IMG/VR virus record: IMGVR_UViG_3300045988_070374
Length of the DNA stretch: 59,351 nucleotides
From: a virus
Strand: one strand, 5' to 3'
The position numbers and the translations under genes are program-made. This document shows, in pieces, positions 36,137 to 45,979 of the stretch. Position 1 is the stretch's first letter; each line of letters opens with the position of its first letter. The notes beneath the pieces are model-generated. The model had not been told where the DNA came from, did not search any database, and saw only the letters and a list, made by a program, of their open reading frames with translations.

Positions 36137-36160
36137 CACCGGGCAAGGGATTGCCCGGTG
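36137..36160. other. Hairpin/cruciform just downstream of the VR (DGR target-site structure candidate)
   Basis: CACCGGGCAA-GGGA-TTGCCCGGTG: 10-bp perfect stem, 4-nt loop, no T-tract on the coding strand. Confidence 0.75.
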
Positions 36161-36161
36161 A

Positions 36162-37418
36162 TTATTTAAGATTGGTCATTTCGCAAGCCGGGGCGCAGCG
36201 AAGCGCGGCGATGGCGCCCCAGTTGCTGACGTAGCCGCTGGAGGCCACGCTGAAGGCATTGTAACCGCTGCCACGACCCGCAGAGCGCAGCCGCACATAG
36301 CGGCCCACAGTGCGCTGTGCAAGATCGCGGGTGATGCGCAGCGGATAGGTCTGCCACAGAGCCTGCGGGGTCTTTGCGCCGGTGCGCTCTTTCCAGTAAG
36401 GCCAGTAGCCGGTGCCCTCGCCGGACACCTGCGGCGAGCAGTAGATCTCCTGCAGGGAGGGCAGGAAAATCTTGTCATAAGTCACCACAGCGCTGCCGTC
36501 ATCGGTGACGGTGTTGCCGTAAGTCACGACCTTCACGCGAGTCAGGGCGGCCTTGAAGTCATCCGAGAAGCCAGCAAGGAAGCCGGGCACGGTGTCTGCC
36601 TGATCTGGCTTCATATCCCATTCATCCTGCGGAGCCCACCATTCTTTTGCGGGTGCATCGCTGTTGAGGTACTGGCGGTATGCGGACTTATACCACCGGT
36701 TATCGCCGTAGGCAACCGAATGCAAGCCGTTCAGTTTGCCGTTGGGCTTTGCAAGGAAGGAACCAAGATTTATGCCATCGACGCCAGCAGAGATGTTGCA
36801 GGTCTCCAGCAGCTCGGACTTATACTGATCCTTGTAGACGTAAACCTTCCAATTGGCAGGTGCAACGTCCGGTGCGTTATAGAAGCCGGTCAGGCGTGCA
36901 CCTGCGGGGGCATTTTTGGTCAAGGTAAAATTATAGGCACCGCCGTTTATGACGTTTGTGCCATAGGTAAAATCAAAAATGATGTTGTAGGTGCCGGCAG
37001 CAAGGCCGGATTCCTGCACCACATAAAAAGCCTGATATGCAGAAAACTGGATATCCTCCAGAGACGCATAGTGCATCTGCAGCACCATTGCGGGTGCGGT
37101 GGTGCCGGTCTCGCCCTCTGCGATATCATCCGGCTGCACCACGTCCCACGGGCAGTCGTAGGTTTTGCCGTCCTTGCCGGTGTAGGTGTTCACCAGCTGG
37201 GTGCCGACCGGAAAAACCGCCGGTGCGTTACCGGCAGCCACCACGGCCTTGATGCCGTTATAGTCCATCTCCTCCACCACGCCGGTCTGTGCCCGCGCGA
37301 TCACGCCCAGCGAGCTGGACATACCCAGCAGGGCGGCGGTCATCTGGTCAAGCTTTCTGCCGTTGTCTTTTGCGGTCTGATCCAGATAGACCGGATCGGT
37401 TACCATAGTTTCAGCCAT
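36162..37418 (-). CDS. DGR variable protein, tail-associated with C-terminal C-type-lectin-like variable domain
   Basis: VR at the C-terminus: GRYVRLRSAGRGSGYNAFSVASSGYVSNWGAIAALRCAP; within the tail module. Confidence 0.9.
   Translation of the reverse strand: MAETMVTDPVYLDQTAKDNGRKLDQMTAALLGMSSSLGVIARAQTGVVEEMDYNGIKAVVAAGNAPAVFPVGTQLVNTYTGKDGKTYDCPWDVVQPDDIAEGETGTTAPAMVLQMHYASLEDIQFSAYQAFYVVQESGLAAGTYNIIFDFTYGTNVINGGAYNFTLTKNAPAGARLTGFYNAPDVAPANWKVYVYKDQYKSELLETCNISAGVDGINLGSFLAKPNGKLNGLHSVAYGDNRWYKSAYRQYLNSDAPAKEWWAPQDEWDMKPDQADTVPGFLAGFSDDFKAALTRVKVVTYGNTVTDDGSAVVTYDKIFLPSLQEIYCSPQVSGEGTGYWPYWKERTGAKTPQALWQTYPLRITRDLAQRTVGRYVRLRSAGRGSGYNAFSVASSGYVSNWGAIAALRCAPACEMTNLK
36188..36307 (-). 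repeat. DGR variable repeat (VR)
   Basis: See TR alignment. Confidence 0.95.
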
Positions 37419-37432
37419 GTGTTTTGCTCCTT

Positions 37433-37768
37433 TCAGGATTTAACATATTTCATGCAGACTTTGCCGTCAACCACGACAAATCCGCAGGATTCGAGGGCTG
37501 CGGTGCGCGTATCCAGCGCCTGCTCTGCCTGCTCTGCGCGGGTCTTTTCGGCGGTGATAGCGGTGTCCAAGCGCTGCTCCTCGCCTTTGGCGCGGGTGGT
37601 TTCATCAGAAACGCTTTTTGCGATAGCTTGTACTTCTGTTTTATCTGCTTTGCCAGCAAGCGCCGTGCTTGAATTACCTTCCAAGTCCACAATGCCGTCC
37701 TCGATGTGGTTTAGCTGCGAAGCGGAAAGCACTTCACCGTTTGCAAAGTTCTGCTTTTGATAGCTCAT
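37433..37768 (-). CDS. short coiled-coil tail fibre/baseplate-associated protein
   Basis: SASQLNHIEDGIVDLEG ... heptad-rich. Confidence 0.6.
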   Translation of the reverse strand: MSYQKQNFANGEVLSASQLNHIEDGIVDLEGNSSTALAGKADKTEVQAIAKSVSDETTRAKGEEQRLDTAITAEKTRAEQAEQALDTRTAALESCGFVVVDGKVCMKYVKS

Positions 37769-37983
37769 TGATAGGTTACCTCCTCTTCTTGTTTTTCAAT
37801 CGGTGAGTAGACGAACTCTCCGTTGACGTACAGATAATCGTAGAGATTTGCTTTGCCGTCCTCCGGTATTTCACTTACAGAAATGCCATCTTTTAATTTG
37901 ATTTCGTTGAACGTTTCGCAAACGCTTAGAATGCGGTTTGTGTTTTTGTCAAGGTTTAAAACAAACATATCATTTAATCCCAA
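37765..37983 (-). CDS. hypothetical tail-region protein
   Basis: 72-aa ORF. Confidence 0.55.
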   Translation of the reverse strand: MGLNDMFVLNLDKNTNRILSVCETFNEIKLKDGISVSEIPEDGKANLYDYLYVNGEFVYSPIEKQEEEVTYQ

Positions 37984-40174
37984 AAATCGTTAAAGGTATC
38001 ATATAATTGTTGTTTACGGTCGAAACATCGCTTGAACTCTTTTTTGAGTTGACAACTGCATTATAAAACCTAAACCCAACATTCCCGTTGCTATCGTCCG
38101 TATCATTTGACAAGACGAACGGTCTGCAAGCAGATGTCGGCTGGCTAACAATGGAAACCGTTGAATCAAGCCCCCATGCATCTGTATAGTTTATATAAGA
38201 ATCTGGGTATTCAACTCTGGAAATGTAAGGGTGAAAAACGCCAAGAAACTGGTCGGACTTGTTTTCTACAACCATAGAAATGTTTCCAATGTAAGCTTTT
38301 TTCAAAGATGCCAAATCGTATGCTTTCCCGTCAAAGCGTATAAGGAACTTTGAGTATTGCATTGCATTCATTAAATCTATGTCTTGCGGAGAGAAAGTGG
38401 AAGATGGGCTGCTGTTTTTCCATAAAAGAACCATAATAGCACCTGTTGCAAGATTTCCTGCCGTAATCGTATCTGCTTTGATTTCCGTTGCGGTAATCGT
38501 TCCGGCTTGAATCACCTTTGCGTTCAGACCATCAGCGGAAATATCCTCAGTCGTTACCGCGCCCTTCAGGTTGATTTTGGACGCTTCGATTTGCACCGAT
38601 TGTGCAGTCTGATTTATCGTGGAAGCAATATCGCCCTTGGAAACCTTTGTTTCAATCTTTTCGTTGGTAACTTTCAGCTGCGCGTCCGCGTAAGACTTTG
38701 CATTGCTTTCGGCTGCGGTTGCTTTGCTTGTGGCGTCCGCAGCAGCGCTGTTAATTGCGTCAGACTTTGCAGTCGCAAGCTCTTCTTTTGTTGCACGCAG
38801 AGTAATAGCATCAGCGTTTTGAGAAATCTTTGTTTCTGCTACACCGATACGCGTAGAAACGCCAGCCATGTCAGTTTGGTATGTTTCCTTCGTGACGCGG
38901 GATTCAATGGCAGCTTGCGTCTTTTCAAAATCGGAAGAATATTGCGTCTTGAACTTCGTCAAGTCGTTCTTGGTCTGGTTCGTCTGCGTGGCTGTCTGGT
39001 TTATCTTTTTCAGATTCACTCTGTCCGTTGCCGCCTGTTGGCTTGTAACGCCGCTTGTGGACTGCGTATAGGAAGAACTTGTGACCGTTTCGCCAGCGCC
39101 GGAAATCGCTGTGTTGCAGTTCAAAGCAAGCGTAACATTGGTGACAATGGTATCATGCACAACGCCGTCTTTGTCCTTGTAGCGTATCATGTCCAGCGGG
39201 AACAAATACGGTGCAGACTTAATGGTGGCGCTGTATGGACGGTAGGTAAACCCGCCGCGTGCAGTTTGCAGTTCCTTCAAAACACCCTCGTAGGCGTTGG
39301 TCAGGAAACCGCAGTCACTTAGATCAAGCGTGTAATCTGCCGTGCCAGACAGGTATGTGTTGCCCTTGCCATCGTCACAGGTGAAGCCGGTAATGGTGAT
39401 GTCGTTCTCCAACATATCACTGGAATAGCGCTCACTTGCGGTAATGATTACGCCGGTCTGCTCATACCATTTCAGCACAAGCCGTCCACTGCCATCCATG
39501 AACGCGCAAGTGCCGGTAAGCTGCGCACACCATTGCAAGAGCTGCCGGTAGGTCAACTTCTGGTTAGTATCCGGCAGACCGCCGATGCTAAAATAGTGGT
39601 TTGGCAGCACCGAAACGTCCGTTGCAAGCGCAACATTGCAGATGGAGCAGATTTTTTGAATAAGCGCGTCAACATGGATGGGGAAGGAGAGCGCGGAAGC
39701 GTTCACCTCACGGTCAAACAAGACCATGTAGTCCAATGCAGAGATGCTTATAGTGCTTAGCTTTCTGGGTGGCGTGTCTACAATGAACAGACCACATGGA
39801 ACATACGCAACGTCTTGATCGGAAGATGCAGAACCAAGAATCATACGCCCAAGGATGCCCTTGCCAAGCGTTGCGCCCTCAAGGACGCTAGACAGTTTGA
39901 TGCCGATTTTAACGTTCAGGACAGCTCCCTCAAAGGAAACATCGTTGAACTTGCCATCGTAGTTTCGCAGCTTCAAGGACAGTTCAGAAGCAACCGCAGA
40001 GCCGATCTCGATTTTGCTGTTGGTCACGCAGTATCGGTCAATCTTCAACCCGCCTTGAATGATATCTGCATCGGTGATGGTAAACGTCTTGCTGCCAGCA
40101 GTAACCTCAATAAGGGCAGTCTGTTTGTTGCCCTCGTTAAAGGATTTTATGATATCTTGCGATACATTGACCAT
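37970..40174 (-). CDS. minor tail/tail-tip protein
   Basis: 734 aa, between tape measure and DGR target; VSQDIIKSFNEGNKQTALIEVTAGSKTFTITDADIIQGGLKIDR; C-terminal coiled coil. Confidence 0.75.
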   Translation of the reverse strand: MVNVSQDIIKSFNEGNKQTALIEVTAGSKTFTITDADIIQGGLKIDRYCVTNSKIEIGSAVASELSLKLRNYDGKFNDVSFEGAVLNVKIGIKLSSVLEGATLGKGILGRMILGSASSDQDVAYVPCGLFIVDTPPRKLSTISISALDYMVLFDREVNASALSFPIHVDALIQKICSICNVALATDVSVLPNHYFSIGGLPDTNQKLTYRQLLQWCAQLTGTCAFMDGSGRLVLKWYEQTGVIITASERYSSDMLENDITITGFTCDDGKGNTYLSGTADYTLDLSDCGFLTNAYEGVLKELQTARGGFTYRPYSATIKSAPYLFPLDMIRYKDKDGVVHDTIVTNVTLALNCNTAISGAGETVTSSSYTQSTSGVTSQQAATDRVNLKKINQTATQTNQTKNDLTKFKTQYSSDFEKTQAAIESRVTKETYQTDMAGVSTRIGVAETKISQNADAITLRATKEELATAKSDAINSAAADATSKATAAESNAKSYADAQLKVTNEKIETKVSKGDIASTINQTAQSVQIEASKINLKGAVTTEDISADGLNAKVIQAGTITATEIKADTITAGNLATGAIMVLLWKNSSPSSTFSPQDIDLMNAMQYSKFLIRFDGKAYDLASLKKAYIGNISMVVENKSDQFLGVFHPYISRVEYPDSYINYTDAWGLDSTVSIVSQPTSACRPFVLSNDTDDSNGNVGFRFYNAVVNSKKSSSDVSTVNNNYMIPLTIFGIK

Positions 40175-40551
40175 CAGTGTGCAGCCCTTTCGATGATGTT
40201 AAAAGATATCCCTTCCCAGCGATTCATCCGCGAATTATACATAGGAACAGCACGGTCACCAACGTAGAACTCGCTGGTTTTCCAATCGCCAGCCATTGCG
40301 TCAAGATAGGTGACGTTGATGTATTCCGGGTTGAACGCTTTCAGGATAGCAGCGGCTTCTTTTATTGTGGTGTACTTCCATTCCAGTTCCAGCTTGACGC
40401 ACTGTCCAAGACGTTTCTTGTCCATCTTGTTATCCTCTGTACGTCCGGCATCGGATGCCGAAATGTCCTGTAACCGCCACTGATAAGAAGAGGGGCATTT
40501 AAGATACTGCCCATCCACGCTCCGAATCGGATTGTACTGGTCAAGTTCCAT
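40174..40551 (-). CDS. distal tail-region protein
   Basis: 125-aa ORF between tape measure and tail-tip gene. Confidence 0.6.
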   Translation of the reverse strand: MELDQYNPIRSVDGQYLKCPSSYQWRLQDISASDAGRTEDNKMDKKRLGQCVKLELEWKYTTIKEAAAILKAFNPEYINVTYLDAMAGDWKTSEFYVGDRAVPMYNSRMNRWEGISFNIIERAAH

Positions 40552-40564
40552 AAATGCCCCTCCT

Positions 40565-43500
40565 TTAAGTACCTACCGGGATAATTGTTTTGCCGTTACG
40601 CTGGTTCGTTCTGTTCACTGCCTGATAGAAGCTGGACACGTTGACCTCTGCGCTCCCTTCCTTCTCAAGCAGAGCCTGCAACAGTTCGTTCTGTCGGCGC
40701 AAAAGCTGGTTCTGACGCTCCATTGCAGCTTCAACACCTTCGCGGATGCCCTCAACGATTTGGTCATTGTTGGCAACTGCTGCGTGACCGCCCAGAGAGC
40801 CGACCATTTCTGCACCGGCTTCTCGGGCGATAAACAGCTGCCCGGCATCGGGGAAACCGCCGCTTGCAAAGCCGAAAATGCCTTTGAAGAAGTCAACCAC
40901 GCCACCCACGGCATCTCCAACCCAATCAACGACCCCACCAACAGCATCTCCGACCCATCCGAAAATATCGCCAGCAACGTTGCCAACGGCACCAAGAGCG
41001 GAAAGAATCGCACCCGGAATGTCACCGGTGAACGCTTTGAATATTGCTATTCCTCCGTTGAGCAAGGTCTTACCCCACTTCAAAGCGTCCCCACCCGAGC
41101 TAGAACCACTACCAGAACCAGAACTGCCACCAGAGCCATTTCCAGAGCCGATACCTAAGTTGGAGCCAAACTGTTTAAGAAAATTCAGACCAGATTTAAG
41201 GATGTCTCCCCAGTTAGTGTCGAAAGCTTTAAAGATAAAGTCCGTAAGGGTCTTTACGCCTTTTTTGATGCCGAGAGATTCCCAAGCATCAGAAAAGTCA
41301 ATTCCAAGCTGGTTCAAAAAGCCTTTTGTGCCTTTCAAGATGGAATCCCAACTGTCAGAGAAAAATTTCCCGATTCCACTGTCTTTGTCAAACAAATCGC
41401 TGAAGAAGGATTTCAGCCCACCATACGCCTGTTTCAAGGCGGGAACTTGGTCGATAACCTCACCAACTTTGGTTTTCAGGTTATTAAAGGTGGTAATAAC
41501 GTTCTTCACGCTGTCAATGGTGTCGGACACGTTCTTGATAGCAGTGGAAACCTTGTCAAAAACAAGGTACACGCCCTCAAACGCCTTTTGGATGGCAAGA
41601 CCGGCGGCACCAAAGAAGCCGTTATACTGGTACTCGTTTTCAATCTCTGCAACGCTCTTTTTCACAAAAGACCGTATATCAGAGACCGCGCTCACAAAGC
41701 CATCATGCGTGTTCAGGATAGACTTCGATGCAGCGGTAAGCGCGTCAATGGAGGATTTGAATCCATTGGAAATGTCTTTGCCCGCCTTAGTAACCGCGTT
41801 GATGCCCTCCGTGAAATCGCCCAAGTCGGTTTTCATCTTCTTAAACCAGCCACCAAAACTATCATTGGTGGTGCGCACAGAACGTTTCAGCGCGTTTGCT
41901 GTTTCCATCATGGACTTGCCGCTTGCGTCAATGGACAGGCTGATAGAGCCATTGCCCAATCCGTAGTTCTCATCTGCCAGCTGAGAGCCGATGGCCTTTA
42001 CCGCGTCAGACACGGACTGGATGGCGTTCACCGCAAGGTCTTTGGCAGCGGAGATGCCGTTGGCGAGACCTTCTACGATATAACCACCGTAGCCCTTGAA
42101 AACTTTGGAAGGGGAGTTGATGCCGGTGTCTGTCGTGAACTTATCAAGAATGGCTTTTGCAAGACCGCCGACAGACTTTTTAGCACTTTCGATGCCCTTG
42201 TTGATGCCATCAATCAAGCCCTGAACGATGTTCTTGCCGTAGTTAAGGAACTTTTGCGGCAGTTCTTTCAGAGTGTCGACAAGGCTGTTCCAAGACTTAT
42301 CCCAGTTTGTCTTAAAGCCTTGCCATTTTTTGTCCCACCAGACGCCTACTCCAACAAACCATTGCTTTAAGTCGGCACTTGCTTTGTCAAGAGCGACCGT
42401 GATTTTATCCCAGTTCTGGTAAATGGCAATCCCAGCATCAGTCAGACCGCCCACAATTAAACCGATGATTGCACCGATTCCAGCAGTAATCGGGCCTCCG
42501 AGAGAGCCTATAATTGCGCCAACAGCAGCACCAGCCATCGTAGAACCAGCAGGAATCAGCAAACCGTTCAAAATATTCAAGCCGTTTGTTAAAGCATCAT
42601 AAACGCCGGTCACAAACATTGCAACGCCAGCTACAACACCAGCAACAACCGCGCCAACTAACGCACCGCCCATTTTGCCGCCTGCGGCAGTAATAGCTTT
42701 TGCAACGGCACTATCTGCAAAGGAAGTCGTGATAAACTCTGCGATTTTTGAGCCAAGCAATGCTGCGCCGCCAACAAACGTAATAGCACCTACAAGGATT
42801 TCCGCAAAATTGATAGCGTTAAGCTTGTCCTGAATAGCTTTCTTGATACCATCAAACATCAGGAAAAATCCAAGGCCTATCAGAATGCCACCGGCGACCA
42901 TGCCTTTCAAAATGCCGATTTTTTTGATTGCGTCAACAAGGTCTGCAATAAAAGTGGTCAGCTTCCACAAAGCAAGCGCTGCGGTAACGGCGCCGATAAT
43001 CGGAAGCATCCCTCTGATTTTTTCCTTGATGCTATCAATCTGCTTTACAAACTCTTCGTTGTACCGCTTGAACATATCGTAGCCGGACAGATCTACATCG
43101 CCTAAGATGTTGCCAGCAGCACCAGAACCAGAACCGGAACCACCGGAAGAACCATTGTCCTTCTGGATGACGTTTAGTTCATCAAAGCCCATGATGTAGT
43201 TCTTGAACGCCTTTGCAGCCTTGCCGGTCGCTTTGGTGGTATTGTCCATCGCATCCGTGACGCCACCAACAGCATCGCTTGCGCTGCTAAAGTCTGGGAA
43301 TTCTACCTTGACGCCCATTAACGATGCAATGCCCGTCACAAGCTCTTTGACCAGTTCAACGGCAGCGATCAGCGGGGGAAGGATGGATTTCAGGGCAGGG
43401 TAAAGCAAAGAACCAACGGCGCGAGCCAGACTGTTCAGCTGTGCCTGCAAAATACGAATCATGTTTGCAGGGCTAGACAAAGTGCGGGCGAAGTCTCCCT

Positions 43501-44701
43501 GCGCATCGGTGGTTTGCTTCATGATGGCAATGTACCGCAGAACAGCCTTATCGGCCTGAGACAGGGTAGAAACGCTCTGCGAATAGCCAAGATTAAGCAG
43601 CTCCTGTTGCAACCGTGCGTTAGAAATATCGACACCCAGACGGCGAATCGGTTCAAGTTCGCCGGAAATAGCCGCCTGAATCTTCGTAAAGGATTCCGCA
43701 ACAGGGATATTTTTCAAAGAAGCGAGGTCGTAGCCAAGCTGCGTCAGGTTCTTGGACAGCACATACGCTTTGTCGCTAGCCAGACCAAACGAAGTGGTCA
43801 GGCTCTGAATCGTTGCCATGTTGTTCATGGCTTCGGTGGGGTCGATGCCAAGCAGGGTCTCCATCTTGTTGATGAACGTGTTTGCTTCGCCGGTCAGCCC
43901 CTTCATAGACACGCCAAACAGGTTTGCAGCTTCATAGTAGCTATTGAACTTCTCCGCTGCGTTGCCAAGATAGGTGGCAATGGCTTTCAGCGAGACCAGC
44001 TTTGCCGCAGACCGAATGAAACCATTCAGCTGGTTGGAAAGGCTCAAATAGCTTTTTGCAGATTTACTGCTTGATTTTGTAGCACCGTCCGTTGCCGCAA
44101 TGACCTTTTGGATGTTGGTAGGTAACTTCGCAAACGAATTTCCTACTGTTTCGATTTTGGAAGCAAGCGGGTCAAGGGCATCTGTGATTTTCTTGCAAGA
44201 AGTGGCAAAATCATCCAGTGTCTTTGAATTCAGTTTGCTACTAAAATCTGGAATTTTTGCAATGGAATTAAGGGCGCTGCTTACACTTCTAAGGCCAGAC
44301 GCATCAACTTTGGAAAGCGGGGATAAGCCGTTTTGTAGGCTATTCATTTTGCCTTTCAGTCCAGAAAAGTCAATGCCTTTCAAATCGACTGAAGAAATTC
44401 TAGTTAATGCACTGGCAACAGAACGGATGCCTTTTGCGCTTTCAGACAGGTTCACGTTGGAAATCCTGTCCATAAAATCATTGATTCTACTAAGTCCGTC
44501 CATACCAGACGAAGCGGACTTCAACGCAGAGATAGACTTTGTTAAAGTGTCAAGGCTAGAACATACCTTGCCAATGCTACCTTTTGTGCGCAGTTTGGAA
44601 ATAGCAGTGGTAAGTTTGTCAATGCTAAGCTCTGCGCCCTGAGATTCCGCAGAAATTTCTACGGATAAGCTTGTAATATCAACATCAGCCATTGCTACCA
44701 C
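40565..44701 (-). CDS. tail tape measure protein
   Basis: 1378 aa; long helical repeats, central transmembrane-like segments, position. Confidence 0.95.
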   Translation of the reverse strand: MVAMADVDITSLSVEISAESQGAELSIDKLTTAISKLRTKGSIGKVCSSLDTLTKSISALKSASSGMDGLSRINDFMDRISNVNLSESAKGIRSVASALTRISSVDLKGIDFSGLKGKMNSLQNGLSPLSKVDASGLRSVSSALNSIAKIPDFSSKLNSKTLDDFATSCKKITDALDPLASKIETVGNSFAKLPTNIQKVIAATDGATKSSSKSAKSYLSLSNQLNGFIRSAAKLVSLKAIATYLGNAAEKFNSYYEAANLFGVSMKGLTGEANTFINKMETLLGIDPTEAMNNMATIQSLTTSFGLASDKAYVLSKNLTQLGYDLASLKNIPVAESFTKIQAAISGELEPIRRLGVDISNARLQQELLNLGYSQSVSTLSQADKAVLRYIAIMKQTTDAQGDFARTLSSPANMIRILQAQLNSLARAVGSLLYPALKSILPPLIAAVELVKELVTGIASLMGVKVEFPDFSSASDAVGGVTDAMDNTTKATGKAAKAFKNYIMGFDELNVIQKDNGSSGGSGSGSGAAGNILGDVDLSGYDMFKRYNEEFVKQIDSIKEKIRGMLPIIGAVTAALALWKLTTFIADLVDAIKKIGILKGMVAGGILIGLGFFLMFDGIKKAIQDKLNAINFAEILVGAITFVGGAALLGSKIAEFITTSFADSAVAKAITAAGGKMGGALVGAVVAGVVAGVAMFVTGVYDALTNGLNILNGLLIPAGSTMAGAAVGAIIGSLGGPITAGIGAIIGLIVGGLTDAGIAIYQNWDKITVALDKASADLKQWFVGVGVWWDKKWQGFKTNWDKSWNSLVDTLKELPQKFLNYGKNIVQGLIDGINKGIESAKKSVGGLAKAILDKFTTDTGINSPSKVFKGYGGYIVEGLANGISAAKDLAVNAIQSVSDAVKAIGSQLADENYGLGNGSISLSIDASGKSMMETANALKRSVRTTNDSFGGWFKKMKTDLGDFTEGINAVTKAGKDISNGFKSSIDALTAASKSILNTHDGFVSAVSDIRSFVKKSVAEIENEYQYNGFFGAAGLAIQKAFEGVYLVFDKVSTAIKNVSDTIDSVKNVITTFNNLKTKVGEVIDQVPALKQAYGGLKSFFSDLFDKDSGIGKFFSDSWDSILKGTKGFLNQLGIDFSDAWESLGIKKGVKTLTDFIFKAFDTNWGDILKSGLNFLKQFGSNLGIGSGNGSGGSSGSGSGSSSGGDALKWGKTLLNGGIAIFKAFTGDIPGAILSALGAVGNVAGDIFGWVGDAVGGVVDWVGDAVGGVVDFFKGIFGFASGGFPDAGQLFIAREAGAEMVGSLGGHAAVANNDQIVEGIREGVEAAMERQNQLLRRQNELLQALLEKEGSAEVNVSSFYQAVNRTNQRNGKTIIPVGT

Positions 44702-45110
44702 CGTCCTTCTGATTCATCATAGAGAACATCGCCCTCTTGATGCGTTCCTGCGCTTCCAGTGCGCGTTGGTATTCGTATTCGTCCTGCTCTTTCTGGGTAA
44801 GAGGAATCGGTCTATCCATGTACTTGATGGGACTAGACCCTTTCTTGCGGAACATATTGCCAACCGTAGAGGAAAGCGCAGATGCCGTATAGAAACCATT
44901 TCTCCACGCTTCAACATTGGCTCTGCGGGCGCGTAGTTCTTCCGCGTCCCGGTAAACCTTTGCCAGCCAGACGTCATCACGCCAAAACTGGTCATAGGTC
45001 ATGCCAATGGAAATGTAATAGGCTTCTACATCATGGAACAGCTTAGATACAGAGAATGGCTCTGTATTGCTGTCCGGTTCTTGAGACTGTGAGGTTACAC
45101 AATCTCCCAC
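44685..45110 (-). CDS. tail assembly chaperone-region protein
   Basis: Directly upstream of tape measure; DVEAYYISIGMTYDQFWRDD. Confidence 0.65.
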   Translation of the reverse strand: MGDCVTSQSQEPDSNTEPFSVSKLFHDVEAYYISIGMTYDQFWRDDVWLAKVYRDAEELRARRANVEAWRNGFYTASALSSTVGNMFRKKGSSPIKYMDRPIPLTQKEQDEYEYQRALEAQERIKRAMFSMMNQKDGGSNG

Positions 45111-45442
45111 GTTGCGTTTTTTGCGGTCTTGTCCTCTTCATCGGTGGCAATCAGAGCCTTGATAGAATTCGCGTACATCTCCATCAGGGCAGCAATCAGA
45201 CCTTCCTTGTCCTCGATGTGGTCAAGCATATCGTCAACCGCATTGCGCTTGATGCCCTTGTTGCGAGCAATGAATGCGCCGTAGAACAGAGCCTTAGTGT
45301 TCTTAACAGGGTTGATGCCGTTAGAGAACTCGTAGATCTGGAAGCCGTTGCGTTCAGTGGCTTCGGCGCTCTCGCGGGTGAAGGTCAGTTCATAAGTGTT
45401 CTTGCCATCGGGGGAATGAAAGTTGATAACCTTAGCAGCCAT
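45095..45442 (-). CDS. tail assembly chaperone-like protein
   Basis: Position; YELTFTRESAEATERNGFQIYEF. Confidence 0.65.
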   Translation of the reverse strand: MAAKVINFHSPDGKNTYELTFTRESAEATERNGFQIYEFSNGINPVKNTKALFYGAFIARNKGIKRNAVDDMLDHIEDKEGLIAALMEMYANSIKALIATDEEDKTAKNATWEIV

Positions 45443-45526
45443 AATAAATGCTCTCCTTTATAAATAGGGGCAGAACCAAATCCGTTGTTCAGTTCTGCCC
45501 GGTTTGATTGATTCGATTTTTGCAGT

Positions 45527-45964
45527 TTAGCCGCCATTAACGGTCAGGCTCTCGCTGAACTTCGGGGTGGAGTGGAAGATGCAATTGATGGTCATTTCCA
45601 CGACCTCATCCACACCAAAGCCAGACAGACCGACCTGGTGCATACCCTGCCAAGTAAAGCCGGAGCCGTCCTGCATCTTCAGGGCGTAGTACTTGTCCAC
45701 GTTGCTCTCAGAGGTATCGTCATAACCAGCAGCCTTGACAGCAGCGTAGTCGGTCTTGTTGTAGTTGGCGGTAAAGGCTTTGGTGTCAGCCTGAACGATG
45801 CCAAAAATCTGCTTCTGCATACCATCAGACAGGGTAGTTGCATCCAGAAGGTTCGGGTCGGAGATCAGGTCGGGCACATCCTTGATGTCGCACAGCTTCG
45901 TCAAAGTGGTTGCGCTTTCGCCACAGTAAAGGGTAGTGTTCAGACCGGAGATAGCAGTACTCAT
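45527..45964 (-). CDS. major tail protein
   Basis: STAISGLNTTLYCGESATTLTKLCDIKDVPDL; position. Confidence 0.75.
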   Translation of the reverse strand: MSTAISGLNTTLYCGESATTLTKLCDIKDVPDLISDPNLLDATTLSDGMQKQIFGIVQADTKAFTANYNKTDYAAVKAAGYDDTSESNVDKYYALKMQDGSGFTWQGMHQVGLSGFGVDEVVEMTINCIFHSTPKFSESLTVNGG

Positions 45965-45979
45965 AGAATGTTTACCTCC

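Noticed and set aside
36137-36160. Hairpin after the VR gene as an ordinary terminator
   Set aside because: No T-tract on the coding strand after the stem, and the avd gene follows immediately.
38507-44642. Several plus-strand ORFs (38507..39322, 40878..41966, 41447..42370, 43514..44074, 44100..44642)
   Set aside because: All are antisense to the tail-tip or tape-measure genes with no domain signal.
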